Below are positions 1 to 10,608 of a stretch of DNA of 64,000 nucleotides, piece after piece. Origin of the DNA: Acholeplasmataceae bacterium (GTDB taxonomy: Bacteria; Bacillota_I; Bacilli_A; Acholeplasmatales; Acholeplasmataceae). Position numbers and translations under genes: made by a program. The stretch is taken from the NCBI GenBank assembly GCA_963675245.1, contig OY775910.1, positions 1,312,001 through 1,376,000 of the forward strand. The letters are read 5' to 3'. The notes beneath the pieces are model-generated. The model searched no databases. It saw only the letters and a list, made by a program, of their open reading frames with translations, and had not been told where the DNA came from. Each line of letters begins with the position of its first letter. The stretch's first letter is position 1.

Positions 1-86
1 ATACGGTTGCGCCATCACGCGTTGAATCACCAGATCAATTAAGACATGTTTTATCAACGTTTATCAAGAAAGATAAAGGAGAATAA
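1..86 (+). CDS. 3' end of an unidentified gene (partial)
   Basis: Open frame from 3 to TAA at 84-86, overlapping the start of the next ORF. Confidence 0.4.
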   Translation, partial: TVAPSRVESPDQLRHVLSTFIKKDKGE

Positions 87-913
87 TGATGGCAATATTA
101 AATGAATTCTATGTATTAGAAAATGGTGTAAAAATCCCTAAATTGGCATTTGGAACGTGGCAAATTCCTAATGGAAAAGTTGCTTATGACGCTGTCAGTG
201 CAGCATTAAGAAATGGTTATCGGCATATCGATACAGCTGCTGCTTATCGAAATGAAGAAAGTGTTGGGAAAGCAGTTAAAGACTCCGGAATCCCTAGAGA
301 AGACATCTTTATTACAACCAAATTAGAATCTCATATTAAAGATTACGAAGGTGCTAAAGAAGGATTCTTAAACACTTTAAAAAATTTAGACATGGATTAT
401 GTCGATCTTTATCTTATCCATGCCCCATGGCCATGGAGTGAAATTGGAAAGAATTGTGATGAAGGTAATGTTCAAGCGTATAAAGCCATGGAAGAATTTT
501 ATAAAGCTGGTAAGATTCGCGCCATAGGTGTATCAAATTTTTCACCCAGAGATATTGAAAATATCTTGACTCATTGTGATATTAAACCATTTGCAAATCA
601 AATTTCTTATCATATTGAACATCATCAAGCGGAAACAGATGCTTACTGTAAAGAAAAAAATATCTTAGTAGAAGCTTATTCACCACTTGGTATTGGTAAA
701 TTATTAACACATCCTGAAATTGTTAAGATGGCTGAAAAATATGGTAAATCACCTGCTCAAATCTGCATTAAGTATGATTTACAACATGACACCCTACCAA
801 TTCCAAAATCAACACATGAACATCGCATCATCGAAAATGCACAATTAGATGATTTTGAAATCAGTTTAGAAGATATGGATTACTTAGATAAGTTAGATCC
901 GGATCATCGTTAA
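86..913 (+). CDS. Aldo/keto reductase (2,5-DKG reductase-like)
   Basis: GYRHIDTAAAY, DLYLIHAP, IGVSNF and IPKS motifs. Confidence 0.92.
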   Translation: MMAILNEFYVLENGVKIPKLAFGTWQIPNGKVAYDAVSAALRNGYRHIDTAAAYRNEESVGKAVKDSGIPREDIFITTKLESHIKDYEGAKEGFLNTLKNLDMDYVDLYLIHAPWPWSEIGKNCDEGNVQAYKAMEEFYKAGKIRAIGVSNFSPRDIENILTHCDIKPFANQISYHIEHHQAETDAYCKEKNILVEAYSPLGIGKLLTHPEIVKMAEKYGKSPAQICIKYDLQHDTLPIPKSTHEHRIIENAQLDDFEISLEDMDYLDKLDPDHR

Positions 914-940
914 TTTGAGTTACATCATGAAATAAGTCAT

Positions 941-967
941 AAAAAAAAGGAGAATAACTCTCCTTTT
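941..967. terminator. Bidirectional intrinsic terminator
   Basis: AAAAGGAGA-loop-TCTCCTTTT between convergent genes. Confidence 0.7.
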
Positions 968-1343
968 ATTTTTTCATTATTTTTTGACAATCACTACAAT
1001 AACCATAAAGTGTCATGTCATGATGTGTAATTTCGAAACCATGTCTTTCTGCAACTTCCTCATTAAAATGACCTAGATGACAATCAATTGGAACCATTTT
1101 ATGGCAATTTAAACAAATCATATAATGGTGGTGCTCTTTTTTGTTGTAGTAATAATAACTGGTTTGATCAATGGTTGATTTTGAAATTAGACCAGCATCA
1201 TAAAAGGCTTCTAATGTACGATAGACGGTTGACAAGTTGATTGTATGATCGGATAAATTGGCCATAATCATATCTGCACTTTGTGGCTTTTCAGCCGATT
1301 TAAAAATATTTAAAATGGCAGTTCTTTGTTTAGTCATACGCAT
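966..1343 (-). CDS. zur: Fur-family regulator, probably Zur
   Basis: MTKQR...STVYRTL, HHHY, two CxxC motifs; last gene of the metal ABC operon. Confidence 0.8.
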   Translation of the reverse strand: MRMTKQRTAILNIFKSAEKPQSADMIMANLSDHTINLSTVYRTLEAFYDAGLISKSTIDQTSYYYYNKKEHHHYMICLNCHKMVPIDCHLGHFNEEVAERHGFEITHHDMTLYGYCSDCQKIMKK

Positions 1344-1346
1344 AAT

Positions 1347-2156
1347 TTAAACCCTCCTCTTGACATTTTTCACTAGAATCGATATGAGCAATACAACTGC
1401 ATCAATCACGACAATGGTCGAACCAACTGGAATTTGCAGTGGGTGTGCTAAGAAGATGCCGACGATGGTAATTGCAAATGATACGATAATACCTGTTATT
1501 AGTGTCATTTTAAAACTCTTTGTGAATTGACTTGCAATGATTGAAGGGAATATCACAAAAGCAGAAATGAGAAGTATACCTATCATTCTGACACCTACAA
1601 CTATAAAGAATGCGGTTAATGCAGAAAGCACATATCCAAGCACTCTAACCTTAACGTTTGAGAATTTCGCATAATCGAAATCATAAGTCATCAGAAATAA
1701 TTTCCGATAAGTTAATAATATGAAAAATAGGATTAAAATCGCTGTGATAATTGATAAGATTAAATCAGCTGAAGACACGGTAAAGATATTACCAACAAGC
1801 ATTGATTCGACCGAGACATTAAATCCTGCGCCTTTTTTAATAATGATCAGACCAATTGCAAATGAGACAGCAGCAACCAACCCAATGGCTGCATCTCCAT
1901 TCATATGATTGTTTGCAGCTAAATACTTGATTAATAAAGAAACGACGATAACAAATGGCACAGCTATCCATAATGGCTGACTGAACAGAAGAATTCCCAA
2001 TGCTAATCCTGCAAAACTAACATGTGCCAAACCATCAGCAATCATCGCTTGTTGATTTAGAACTAAGAAAGGACTAAGTAGTGCAGCTGATAAGGCAAGT
2101 GTGATACCGATAATCAGCGCACGTTGGATAAAATCATATGAAAGTAGTTCAAGCAT
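1347..2156 (-). CDS. znuB: Zn/Mn ABC transporter permease
   Basis: ABC-3 DGLAHVSFAG motif, hydrophobic; start moved to the ATG at 2156 overlapping the ATPase stop. Confidence 0.85.
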   Translation of the reverse strand: MLELLSYDFIQRALIIGITLALSAALLSPFLVLNQQAMIADGLAHVSFAGLALGILLFSQPLWIAVPFVIVVSLLIKYLAANNHMNGDAAIGLVAAVSFAIGLIIIKKGAGFNVSVESMLVGNIFTVSSADLILSIITAILILFFILLTYRKLFLMTYDFDYAKFSNVKVRVLGYVLSALTAFFIVVGVRMIGILLISAFVIFPSIIASQFTKSFKMTLITGIIVSFAITIVGIFLAHPLQIPVGSTIVVIDAVVLLISILVKNVKRRV

Positions 2157-2817
2157 GATGGTGACCCTCGTGTTCAAATTCATGGAAAGATTGATATGAT
2201 CCAAAATATTTAACGGTTTGGTCGACATACATCACACATGCGTCTTCCTTAATCGCATCTGTCAAGTCATGGGTGACATTGACAATCGTCATATTATTTT
2301 CATGTTGAATCTCTTTTAATAATTGATAGAACTTCTCTCTAAAGGATGGATCAAGAGCAGAAGTAGGTTCATCTAATATCAGCAAATCAGGTTCACCGAT
2401 TAACGCGCGAATTAAATAGACACGTTGCTGTTGACCACCTGAGAGGAAGATCATACTTTCATCAAATAGATCAGGAATACCCATTCTTTTTAACCAAAAT
2501 TTTATGAGTTCACATTCTTTTTTTGTAGCTTTAAGTCTTTGATGTGGAAATCCTGAATAAATCACCTCTTTAACAGTGATTGGTAATTGATTTCTTTGAC
2601 CAAGTTTTTGAGGTAAATAACCCATTTTTTTTGCATTGATATCAATTACACCAGATGTGGGCTTTAATAAACCGACGAGTGTTCTAACTAGTGTAGTTTT
2701 ACCACTCCCATTAGGACCAACAATATGCAAAAAAGAACCAGATTGAACGGTGAAATTAACATCTTTTAGTGCAGTGTATTTGCCAAAGTTAACACCAACA
2801 TGTTGATAAGTTATCAT
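2149..2817 (-). CDS. znuC: Zn/Mn ABC transporter ATPase
   Basis: GPNGSGKT, LSGGQ, LILDEP; His-rich tail. Confidence 0.88.
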   Translation of the reverse strand: MITYQHVGVNFGKYTALKDVNFTVQSGSFLHIVGPNGSGKTTLVRTLVGLLKPTSGVIDINAKKMGYLPQKLGQRNQLPITVKEVIYSGFPHQRLKATKKECELIKFWLKRMGIPDLFDESMIFLSGGQQQRVYLIRALIGEPDLLILDEPTSALDPSFREKFYQLLKEIQHENNMTIVNVTHDLTDAIKEDACVMYVDQTVKYFGSYQSFHEFEHEGHHHA

Positions 2818-2821
2818 AAGA

Positions 2822-3751
2822 TCATTCTCCTAGAGCAGTTTTAATATGCTCGAAATTTCTATTCATTAAATCGACGTAAGTGACATGATTGTCCCAATCT
2901 TCTTGTGATAGATTGTGATATGAATGTAATTCTAATAACGATAAATTGTAACCTTGATTAGTCAATGTTTCTTGTATAGCTAAGGCAGCAACCGGTTGTT
3001 CCAAAGCTTCAATAAATAGATAATGTGTACCTGATGATTGGACTTCATTTGAGAATGTTATACGTTCATTTGACGTAAGTACATCATCTGGTTTAAATTC
3101 TGAAAACAACGATTCAATCGTTAATCCATAGCGATTGCCAAATGGTGACATGGCATTATGCCCTGCAAAATAAATAGTTTTATTTTGGTGATTAAATTCA
3201 TCGAAATAGGATAGTATGCTTAAGTGAGTTGTCATGATCTCATCATAATACGCATCTTTATTAGCTATATAGTATGTTTCATTATAGGGATCTATTTGAA
3301 TTATAAAGTCTAAAATATAATCTAGCATATCTAGTGCAGCAAGTGGATCAACCCAATAATGAATATCTTCAGAATGTGTGTGTTCATCAGATATGATTGA
3401 AACTTCATCATCATGTTTCACAGCCTCTGACATATTAACAACAATTGTGTCTTTACCACCGATATCATCTGGATTTGATATCCATGTATCGATTTCATTA
3501 CTTGTATATAAAAATAATCTCGCATTTTCAATATGTACCATATCGACGCTAGTCGCTTCAAAACTATGGATATCTTGACCGAGAGGCACAAGCAGATTGA
3601 CCGTTAATTTATCACCTGCGATATGTGATGCTAAGTCATAATGGGTAAACATAGTAGTGACAATATCTGGCTGTACATTCAATCCCGTACAAGAAACCAA
3701 AAAGATTAAAATAATGAATGATGTTAACGAGATAAAAACTTTTTTCATCAT
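2822..3751 (-). CDS. znuA: Zn/Mn ABC substrate-binding lipoprotein
   Basis: Lipobox LVSC, DIHSFE, DIHYW; AAGGAG RBS before the ATG at 3751. Confidence 0.85.
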   Translation of the reverse strand: MMKKVFISLTSFIILIFLVSCTGLNVQPDIVTTMFTHYDLASHIAGDKLTVNLLVPLGQDIHSFEATSVDMVHIENARLFLYTSNEIDTWISNPDDIGGKDTIVVNMSEAVKHDDEVSIISDEHTHSEDIHYWVDPLAALDMLDYILDFIIQIDPYNETYYIANKDAYYDEIMTTHLSILSYFDEFNHQNKTIYFAGHNAMSPFGNRYGLTIESLFSEFKPDDVLTSNERITFSNEVQSSGTHYLFIEALEQPVAALAIQETLTNQGYNLSLLELHSYHNLSQEDWDNHVTYVDLMNRNFEHIKTALGE

Positions 3752-3761
3752 ATACTCCTTA

Positions 3762-3820
3762 TTGCAAATGATTCGCATTTATAGTGTATCATAAAAAGTG
3801 CTATTTGCAAATGATTCGCA
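3762..3820. promoter_or_regulatory. Two identical Fur/Zur-type 7-1-7 boxes
   Basis: TTGCAAATGATTCGCA at 3762-3777 and 3805-3820, upstream of znuA. Confidence 0.75.
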
Positions 3821-3853
3821 ATATATTTGTTCTAAAAATATAATTAAAATAAA

Positions 3854-3882
3854 TTGTCTTTTAAATGAAGTAATGATATAAT
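3854..3882 (+). promoter_or_regulatory. sigma-A promoter of the rimP-nusA operon
   Basis: TTGTCT-17 nt-TATAAT with extended TG. Confidence 0.65.
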
Positions 3883-3896
3883 ATTGATGTCAACGT

Positions 3897-3926
3897 TGAG
3901 TGGGAAGCAAATTTCCACTCACTTTT
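3897..3926 (+). promoter_or_regulatory. rimP leader hairpin/attenuator
   Basis: TGAGTGGGAA...TTTCCACTCA followed by CTTTT just upstream of rimP, as in the Firmicute rimP leader. Confidence 0.65.
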
Positions 3927-3939
3927 ATTGAGGGAAGAT

Positions 3940-4380
3940 ATGAACTTAAAAATTTTAAAACAAAAATTAAAGCCAATTCTAAAACCTTATGGGTTAGACA
4001 TTTATAGCATACGCTTGAAAAAGGAATTTGATGAAAAAGTAGTCGAAATATTGATTGATACAGATACGATTGATGTTTTGGAACTTGAAACCATCCATCG
4101 CAAGTATCTAGAATCATTAGATGATGATGACTTAGATGATGACTGTTATTTAGAGCTCTCATCTTTAGGCTTAGAACGACCAATTGAAACACTTGATGAT
4201 GTTAAAAAAGCCGTTGGTTCTTATGTCTATGTTGAACTACCTAAATATCATGGTAATGCCACTGTAATCTCACTTGATGGTGATATAATGAAATTAGAAA
4301 TTAACGATAAAGGACGTTTACGCAAAATTGATGCCAAATGGGATCAAGCTCACAATATGAGATATGCGGTAAAGGTTTAG
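3940..4380 (+). CDS. rimP: Ribosome maturation factor RimP
   Basis: YLELSSLGLERP motif; position before nusA. Confidence 0.88.
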   Translation: MNLKILKQKLKPILKPYGLDIYSIRLKKEFDEKVVEILIDTDTIDVLELETIHRKYLESLDDDDLDDDCYLELSSLGLERPIETLDDVKKAVGSYVYVELPKYHGNATVISLDGDIMKLEINDKGRLRKIDAKWDQAHNMRYAVKV

Positions 4381-4389
4381 GAGGAAGAC

Positions 4390-5460
4390 ATGATTAGTAA
4401 AGAATTTTATAGAAACATTGAGGAAGTTGTTGAAGAAAGAGGACTTACAAGAGAACAGGTTCTTGATGCGTTTCAACAGGGCTTAATCGCAGGATGTAAA
4501 AAAGCGCATGATGTTCGTTCTTGTCGTGTCGAATTCAAAGAAGACAAAAATGAAATCTTAGTTTATAAACAACAGTTGGTTGTTGATGAATATAGCATGG
4601 AAGCTGATAAGAATTTCACACAAATTCTATTGCCAGATGCGAAAGAGATTAATGCACGTTCTAAAGTCGGTGATGTACTCGAACAAAAGATTGATCCAAA
4701 AGATTTCTCTTATTATGCTGTGAGAGATTTCAAGAGCAGATTGAATGAAGCATTAGTTGATTATCAAAAGAAGAATTTATATCAACACTTCAAATCGCTT
4801 GAACACGAAATGATTAACGCCCGTGTCATTGATATTGATGAATCACATTTCAGACTAGACATTGGTAAAGATTTAACAACACTTTTACCTAAAAAAGAAG
4901 CGTTGCCTAAAGATAATTTCCATGTTGGTGATCATGTTAGAGTATATGTGACAGATGTTGAAATGAAGACGAAATGGCCAAAAGTATTTGTTAGTCGTAT
5001 CCACCCATCATTGATTATTCGTCTACTCGAACTTTACATTCCTGAAATCAAAGAAGGAAAAATTGAAGTTATGGGGATTTCAAGAGATCCAGGAGATCGT
5101 TCTAAAGTAGGAGTCAGATCAAATGTAGAATCAATTGATCCTATTGGCGCATGTGTTGGTGAAAAAGGTTCAAGAATTCGCGAAATCGTCAACGCATTAA
5201 GCGGGGAAAAAATTGATTTATTCCGTTGGGCAGATAACGAGAAGGATTTAATTACAAATGCCCTTCAACCAGCTAAAGTAGAAGCTGTTACACACGTTAA
5301 TCCAAAAGAAAAGAGTGCATTAGCAATCGTGCCAGATGATCATTTATCACTTGCAATTGGTAAGTTAGGACAAAATGTTAAACTTGCTGTTCAAGCATGT
5401 GGATGGTCCATTGATATTAAATCAGTGACGATGGCACAAGGTGAAGGTATTATCTTTTAG
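4390..5460 (+). CDS. nusA: Transcription termination factor NusA
   Basis: S1 and KH domains, GACVGEKGSR, SLAIGKLGQN. Confidence 0.97.
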   Translation: MISKEFYRNIEEVVEERGLTREQVLDAFQQGLIAGCKKAHDVRSCRVEFKEDKNEILVYKQQLVVDEYSMEADKNFTQILLPDAKEINARSKVGDVLEQKIDPKDFSYYAVRDFKSRLNEALVDYQKKNLYQHFKSLEHEMINARVIDIDESHFRLDIGKDLTTLLPKKEALPKDNFHVGDHVRVYVTDVEMKTKWPKVFVSRIHPSLIIRLLELYIPEIKEGKIEVMGISRDPGDRSKVGVRSNVESIDPIGACVGEKGSRIREIVNALSGEKIDLFRWADNEKDLITNALQPAKVEAVTHVNPKEKSALAIVPDDHLSLAIGKLGQNVKLAVQACGWSIDIKSVTMAQGEGIIF

Positions 5461-5471
5461 AAGGTGATTTT

Positions 5472-5735
5472 ATGAAAATAAAGAAAGTACCAATGCGAAC
5501 ATGTGTCGTGACACGTGAGGTTTATCCGAAAAAAGAGTTAATTAGAATAGCAGCAAACAAAGAAGGTTTTGTCTCTGTTGATTTAACGGGTAAAGCACAC
5601 GGTAGAGGTGCTTATCTCAAACTCAGTAAAGACGTCATTTTGCTTGCGAAAAAGAATAAAGCATTAGATAAAAAATTAGAAGTAGTTGTACCAGATTATA
5701 TTTATGATGAACTATTAGGGCTCGTCAATGACTAG
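5472..5735 (+). CDS. ylxR: YlxR/RnpM family RNA-binding protein
   Basis: PMRTCVVTR, GRGAY; nusA operon context. Confidence 0.9.
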   Translation: MKIKKVPMRTCVVTREVYPKKELIRIAANKEGFVSVDLTGKAHGRGAYLKLSKDVILLAKKNKALDKKLEVVVPDYIYDELLGLVND

Positions 5736-6006
5736 AAATCTTGGTCTTGCTTATCGTGCGAGAAAAATCGTGATAGGCACTGAAATGACAATTGAATCTG
5801 TTCGTAAAAATGACGTTTATCTTGTGCTAGTAGCGCATGATGCATCAGAATTAACGAAGAAAAAGATTCTTGATAAGGCAAGTTTTTACAATGTAGAAGT
5901 TAGCCAAGCATTGTCATCACAACAGCTTTCTGACGCCATCGGTAAACGAGGCGTCAAAGTGGTTGGCATAACCGACAGGGGGTTTAGCCGATTGCTGAGT
6001 CAATAA
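5728..6006 (+). CDS. ylxQ: L7Ae/L30e family protein (YlxQ-like)
   Basis: LGLAYRARK...AHDAS; operon context. Confidence 0.85.
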   Translation: MTRNLGLAYRARKIVIGTEMTIESVRKNDVYLVLVAHDASELTKKKILDKASFYNVEVSQALSSQQLSDAIGKRGVKVVGITDRGFSRLLSQ

Positions 6007-6022
6007 AGAAGGAAGTGATTAT

Positions 6023-7867
6023 ATGCCTGCAAACAATAGGAATTATAAGAAAAAAGGCAGCAATAACAAAAACAATTCAAACCAAAGGCAAACTACACCT
6101 AAAAAACCAGTTGTAGTCAAAGAAAAAATACTTATTGTCAAACCTGATATGAGTGTTGCAGACGTTGCTGAAGGTATGGGTGTTTCAAATGCTGTTATTA
6201 TTAAAAAGTTAATGGGATTAGGTATGATGACCTCCATTAACCAAGTCATCGACCGTGATACAATCGAGCTGATTGCACTTGAGGATGGCTATAAAGTTGA
6301 AGATGAAGTCATTACAGATGTGACACGTTATGATGAAATGGAAATTTCAGATGATCCTAAAGATATGACAGGTCGTCCACCGATTGTCACCATCATGGGT
6401 CATGTTGACCATGGTAAAACAACTTTATTAGATACGATTCGTAAATCGAGAGTCGTAGAAGGCGAAGCAGGTGGTATCACACAACACATTGGTGCATACC
6501 AAGTTAAACGTGAAGGTGGCGCAATTACATTTATTGACACACCAGGGCATGCTGCATTTACTGAAATGCGTGCACGTGGTGCAAAAGTAACGGATATTGT
6601 TGTTTTAGTCGTTGCAGCTGATGATGGCGTTATGCCACAAACAATTGAAGCGATTGATCATGCGAAGGCAGCTAACGTACCAATTGTTGTTGCAGTTAAT
6701 AAGATTGATCGTATTCAAGCAAATCCAGAAAAAGTAATGACAGAATTATCAGAAAAAGGATTAGTCCCTGAAGACTGGGGTGGCGATACGCCATTTGTTA
6801 AGGTCTCAGCATTAAAAGGCACAGGTATTGATGAACTTTTAGATGTTCTTCAACTGATTAGTGAAATACATGAATATAAAGCAAATCCAAATCGACTTGC
6901 AAGAGGTACTGTTATTGAAGCAAGTCTTGATAAAGGTCGCGGACCAGTTGCAACTTTAATTGTTGAAACAGGTACATTACATGCAGGTGATTATATCGTT
7001 ATCGGTAATACATATGGTAAAATCCGTACGATGAATGATGACTTAAAACGCCGCTTTAAAAAAGCAGGACCTTCAACACCGGTAGAAGTAACTGGTTTAA
7101 ATGAAGTCCCTGAAGCGGGTGATATTTTCATGGCATTTGATGACGAAAAAGTAACGAGATCAATTGCATCTGATCGTCAGTCAAGAGCAAAAGATTCAGA
7201 AATTAGATCACGCAGTAAACAATCACTTGATAAGTTATTTGGCGATTTAGAACAAGCTGAAAAAGAACTCAATATTATCATCAAAGGTGATGTTCAAGGA
7301 TCGATTGAAGCATTAAAGGGATTATTAGAGAAGATTGATATTGATGGATTCCATGTCAATGTCGTTCGATCTTCAGTTGGTGCAATTTCAGAAAATGATG
7401 TTACATTAGCATCAGCATCAAACGCGATTATTTTAGGATTTAATGTCAGACCGATGGCCGCAGTTAAAAAGATTGCGGATCAAGAAGGTGTTGAAATTAG
7501 ACTTTATAGTATTATTTATCGTATTCAAGAAGACATTGAAGCAGCCCTTAAAGGGATGTTGGAACCTGAACTTGAAGAGTATGTCATTGGACAAGCCGAG
7601 GTACGTGACACATTTAAAGTTTCTAAAATCGGCACAATTGCAGGTTGTTATGTCACTGATGGTGTGATTAGAAGAGACTCACTTGTCCGCCTACTTCGTG
7701 AAGGTATCGTCGTTTATGAAGGTAAATTAGCTTCACTTAAACGTTTTAAAGATGACGCCAAAGAAGTTAGAACGGGTTTTGAATGTGGACTCTCAATCGA
7801 AAATTATAACGATATCAAAGTTGGTGATGTCATTGAAGCATCACAAATGCGAGAAATTGAGGTGTAA
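6023..7867 (+). CDS. infB: Translation initiation factor IF-2
   Basis: [17 protein letters not shown]. Confidence 0.98.
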   Translation: MPANNRNYKKKGSNNKNNSNQRQTTPKKPVVVKEKILIVKPDMSVADVAEGMGVSNAVIIKKLMGLGMMTSINQVIDRDTIELIALEDGYKVEDEVITDVTRYDEMEISDDPKDMTGRPPIVTIMGHVDHGKTTLLDTIRKSRVVEGEAGGITQHIGAYQVKREGGAITFIDTPGHAAFTEMRARGAKVTDIVVLVVAADDGVMPQTIEAIDHAKAANVPIVVAVNKIDRIQANPEKVMTELSEKGLVPEDWGGDTPFVKVSALKGTGIDELLDVLQLISEIHEYKANPNRLARGTVIEASLDKGRGPVATLIVETGTLHAGDYIVIGNTYGKIRTMNDDLKRRFKKAGPSTPVEVTGLNEVPEAGDIFMAFDDEKVTRSIASDRQSRAKDSEIRSRSKQSLDKLFGDLEQAEKELNIIIKGDVQGSIEALKGLLEKIDIDGFHVNVVRSSVGAISENDVTLASASNAIILGFNVRPMAAVKKIADQEGVEIRLYSIIYRIQEDIEAALKGMLEPELEEYVIGQAEVRDTFKVSKIGTIAGCYVTDGVIRRDSLVRLLREGIVVYEGKLASLKRFKDDAKEVRTGFECGLSIENYNDIKVGDVIEASQMREIEV

Positions 7868-7870
7868 AAC

Positions 7871-8212
7871 ATGTCAATAACAACAGAAAGACTCGCTAGT
7901 TTAATTCAAAGAGAACTAGCATCAATTGTCAATCAAGAAGTGAAAGACAAAAGTTTTGGTTACATTAATTTAACTGAAGTTAAAGTAACAAAAGATTTAT
8001 CATTTGCTACCATTTATTACACAATACTAGATGATAAAGAAGGCGTTGTAGAACGTGCTAATAAAGCATTGGATGAAGCGAACGCATCAATTCGTATGAT
8101 GCTTGCAAAACAAATCAAGCATGTTAGAAAAATTCCTGAATTAATTTTTAAGTTTGATGAGGCACTAGCTTATGGTAACCACATCGATCAAATTCTTAAA
8201 ACATTGAAGTAA
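7871..8212 (+). CDS. rbfA: Ribosome-binding factor A
   Basis: KDLSFATIY, IPELIFKFD; follows infB. Confidence 0.93.
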   Translation: MSITTERLASLIQRELASIVNQEVKDKSFGYINLTEVKVTKDLSFATIYYTILDDKEGVVERANKALDEANASIRMMLAKQIKHVRKIPELIFKFDEALAYGNHIDQILKTLK

Positions 8213-8229
8213 CCATTGGTTACTTTTTT
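8207..8229 (+). terminator. Intrinsic terminator
   Basis: AAGTAACC-ATT-GGTTACTT plus T tract. Confidence 0.7.
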
Positions 8230-8284
8230 GTTATTTGGCTGTAAAGAGGTTGTTATCTAGGGTATAATATAAAGTGGTGATGAT

Positions 8285-10597
8285 ATGTTTGCTAAGGTAT
8301 TAATAGATATAAAACATGAAGAAGTAAATCGGTTTTTTGACTATATCATACCTTCAGATATGATTGATGATCTTTCACGAGGTATGCGTGTCATCGTACC
8401 ATTTGGTAATCAAACACGTATGGGTTACGTGATTTCTATCATTGATCATAGTGATCAAGCAACCAAGGAAATCATTGAATTATTGGACGTCATTCCGACC
8501 ATTCAAGAAGAAACATTTGTCTTAATTGATTATTTGTTGCAAGAAACAAATGATTTATATAGTGCCATTTTTGAAACGGTTGTTCCATCTGAACTCACAA
8601 TGGATTATTTTCTAGAAATTCGCATTGTTAAGCCAGATATCATTGATAAAGATTTTTATAAAGTGTTTGACAAAAATGGTGTACTACGGTTATCTAAAAG
8701 TAATCACACCTATGATTATAAAATAAGAAAATACGTAAAGCTTAACGCATTAGAAGTTCAACCATTATGGCGTCAAAAGGCGACTGAAAAACAACTTTTT
8801 GCATATCAATTTAATACGAGACATCACTATGAAAGAATTAATCAATATCCCGAATTAGATCTGCTTTCTGATCGTCATTATCTTAAGCATGAGCTTAATG
8901 ATTTTGGTTTAACTGATGGTAAGATCAATACGCTTGTTAAACATCATGTATTGATGAAAGAGAAAGTACAAATCAATCGCGAGATTAAACATGTCTATGA
9001 ATTAAAAGATAAAAATGTCTCACTCACAAAAAAACAACAATTAGTTTACGATAATTTTGCTAATCGAAAGCATGAAGGAAAAACCTATTTACTTAAAGGT
9101 GTAACAGGATCTGGTAAAACTGAACTTTATTTGAAATGGATATTTGATGTGTTAAATGAACATAAGCAGGTACTAATCTTAGTCCCTGAAATCACGTTGA
9201 TTGCACCAATGGCACATCGATTAGAATCTGCATTTGGCAAGATTGCTATTTATCACAGTCAGTTGTCAAAAGGTGAGCGCTTTGACCAATACATGAAAGT
9301 GAAACGCGGTGAGATCAATATCGTTTTAGGCACGAGATCAGCAGTATTTCTTCCACTTGAACAACTTGGTTTAATCATCATTGATGAAGAACATGATACG
9401 TCATATGAACAATTAGAACATGTCATATACGATGCAAGAGAAGTTGCTAAGATAAGAGCTGAGTATCATCAATGTCCATTAATATTAGGAAGTGCGACAC
9501 CTTCTATATCAACCATGTATCAAGCATTGGAAGGTCCTATTCAATTACTGACACTAGATGAAAGACCATTTGATATTGAACAACCATCTCTTACATTTGT
9601 TGATATGCGTGAAGAACTAAGACAAAAAAATACATCGATGTTCTCTAAATTGTTAAAAGATAGTATACAAGATAGACTTGACAAACAAGAGCAAATTATG
9701 ATTTTATTCAATCGAAAAGGATATGCGCCATTTGTGATGTGTAGACAATGTGGTTATGTACCCACATGTCCAACATGCGGGATTTCATTAACGTATTATC
9801 AAACAAATAATCGACTAAAATGTCATTATTGTGGGTATGAAGAATCATATAGTCATACGTGTACAGAGTGTCATCAACAAACCATGAAACCTGTTGGTGT
9901 AGGTATCGAACAAGTCGAAAGAGAAATTGAAAAAATATTTCCACATGCTGATGTTATACGTATGGATGCTAATGTAACAAAAACAAAAGGATCACATGAA
10001 TTAATCTGGCATGATTTTCAAAACCAAAAAGCAGACATTTTATTAGGTACACAAATGATTGCTAAAGGGCTTGATTTTCCGAATGTCACACTTGTCGGTG
10101 TTCTGATGGCAGACTTAATGTTAAAAACACCGTCATATCGTGCGAGTGAAGATGCTTTTATGCTACTCACTCAAGTAGCTGGAAGATCAGGACGAACGAA
10201 ACATGGTGAAGTTATTATTCAAGGTTACGATTTAGCACATTTCGCCATAAAAGATGTCGAGTTAGGTTATGATACTTTTTATAAAGAAGCCCTTTATGAA
10301 CGTAAAATTAGCGGCTATGAACCATTTAATCATGTTTATCAAATACGTGCTGAAGGTTTAGGTTATTTACATACGTATCAAGTGTTATTTACATTAAAAA
10401 AGAAGTTAGAGTTATATGATGGGATAACCGTGTTAGGACCTGTCCCTGCTTATATAAAAAAGAAAGGCGATAAATTTCGCTTTGTGATGACAATTAAGTC
10501 TTCACTTGACTCAAAAGAACCAATTTTTAAAAACATGAAATTATTTAAGGAAGAATCTGTGAATTTGAGATTTTATCCTTTACCAGATTGTTTATAG
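8285..10597 (+). CDS. priA: Primosomal protein N' (PriA helicase)
   Basis: GVTGSGKTE, DEEH, CxxC cluster, GLDFPNVTLV. Confidence 0.96.
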   Translation: MFAKVLIDIKHEEVNRFFDYIIPSDMIDDLSRGMRVIVPFGNQTRMGYVISIIDHSDQATKEIIELLDVIPTIQEETFVLIDYLLQETNDLYSAIFETVVPSELTMDYFLEIRIVKPDIIDKDFYKVFDKNGVLRLSKSNHTYDYKIRKYVKLNALEVQPLWRQKATEKQLFAYQFNTRHHYERINQYPELDLLSDRHYLKHELNDFGLTDGKINTLVKHHVLMKEKVQINREIKHVYELKDKNVSLTKKQQLVYDNFANRKHEGKTYLLKGVTGSGKTELYLKWIFDVLNEHKQVLILVPEITLIAPMAHRLESAFGKIAIYHSQLSKGERFDQYMKVKRGEINIVLGTRSAVFLPLEQLGLIIIDEEHDTSYEQLEHVIYDAREVAKIRAEYHQCPLILGSATPSISTMYQALEGPIQLLTLDERPFDIEQPSLTFVDMREELRQKNTSMFSKLLKDSIQDRLDKQEQIMILFNRKGYAPFVMCRQCGYVPTCPTCGISLTYYQTNNRLKCHYCGYEESYSHTCTECHQQTMKPVGVGIEQVEREIEKIFPHADVIRMDANVTKTKGSHELIWHDFQNQKADILLGTQMIAKGLDFPNVTLVGVLMADLMLKTPSYRASEDAFMLLTQVAGRSGRTKHGEVIIQGYDLAHFAIKDVELGYDTFYKEALYERKISGYEPFNHVYQIRAEGLGYLHTYQVLFTLKKKLELYDGITVLGPVPAYIKKKGDKFRFVMTIKSSLDSKEPIFKNMKLFKEESVNLRFYPLPDCL

Positions 10598-10608
10598 GGA
10601 GTGATAAG

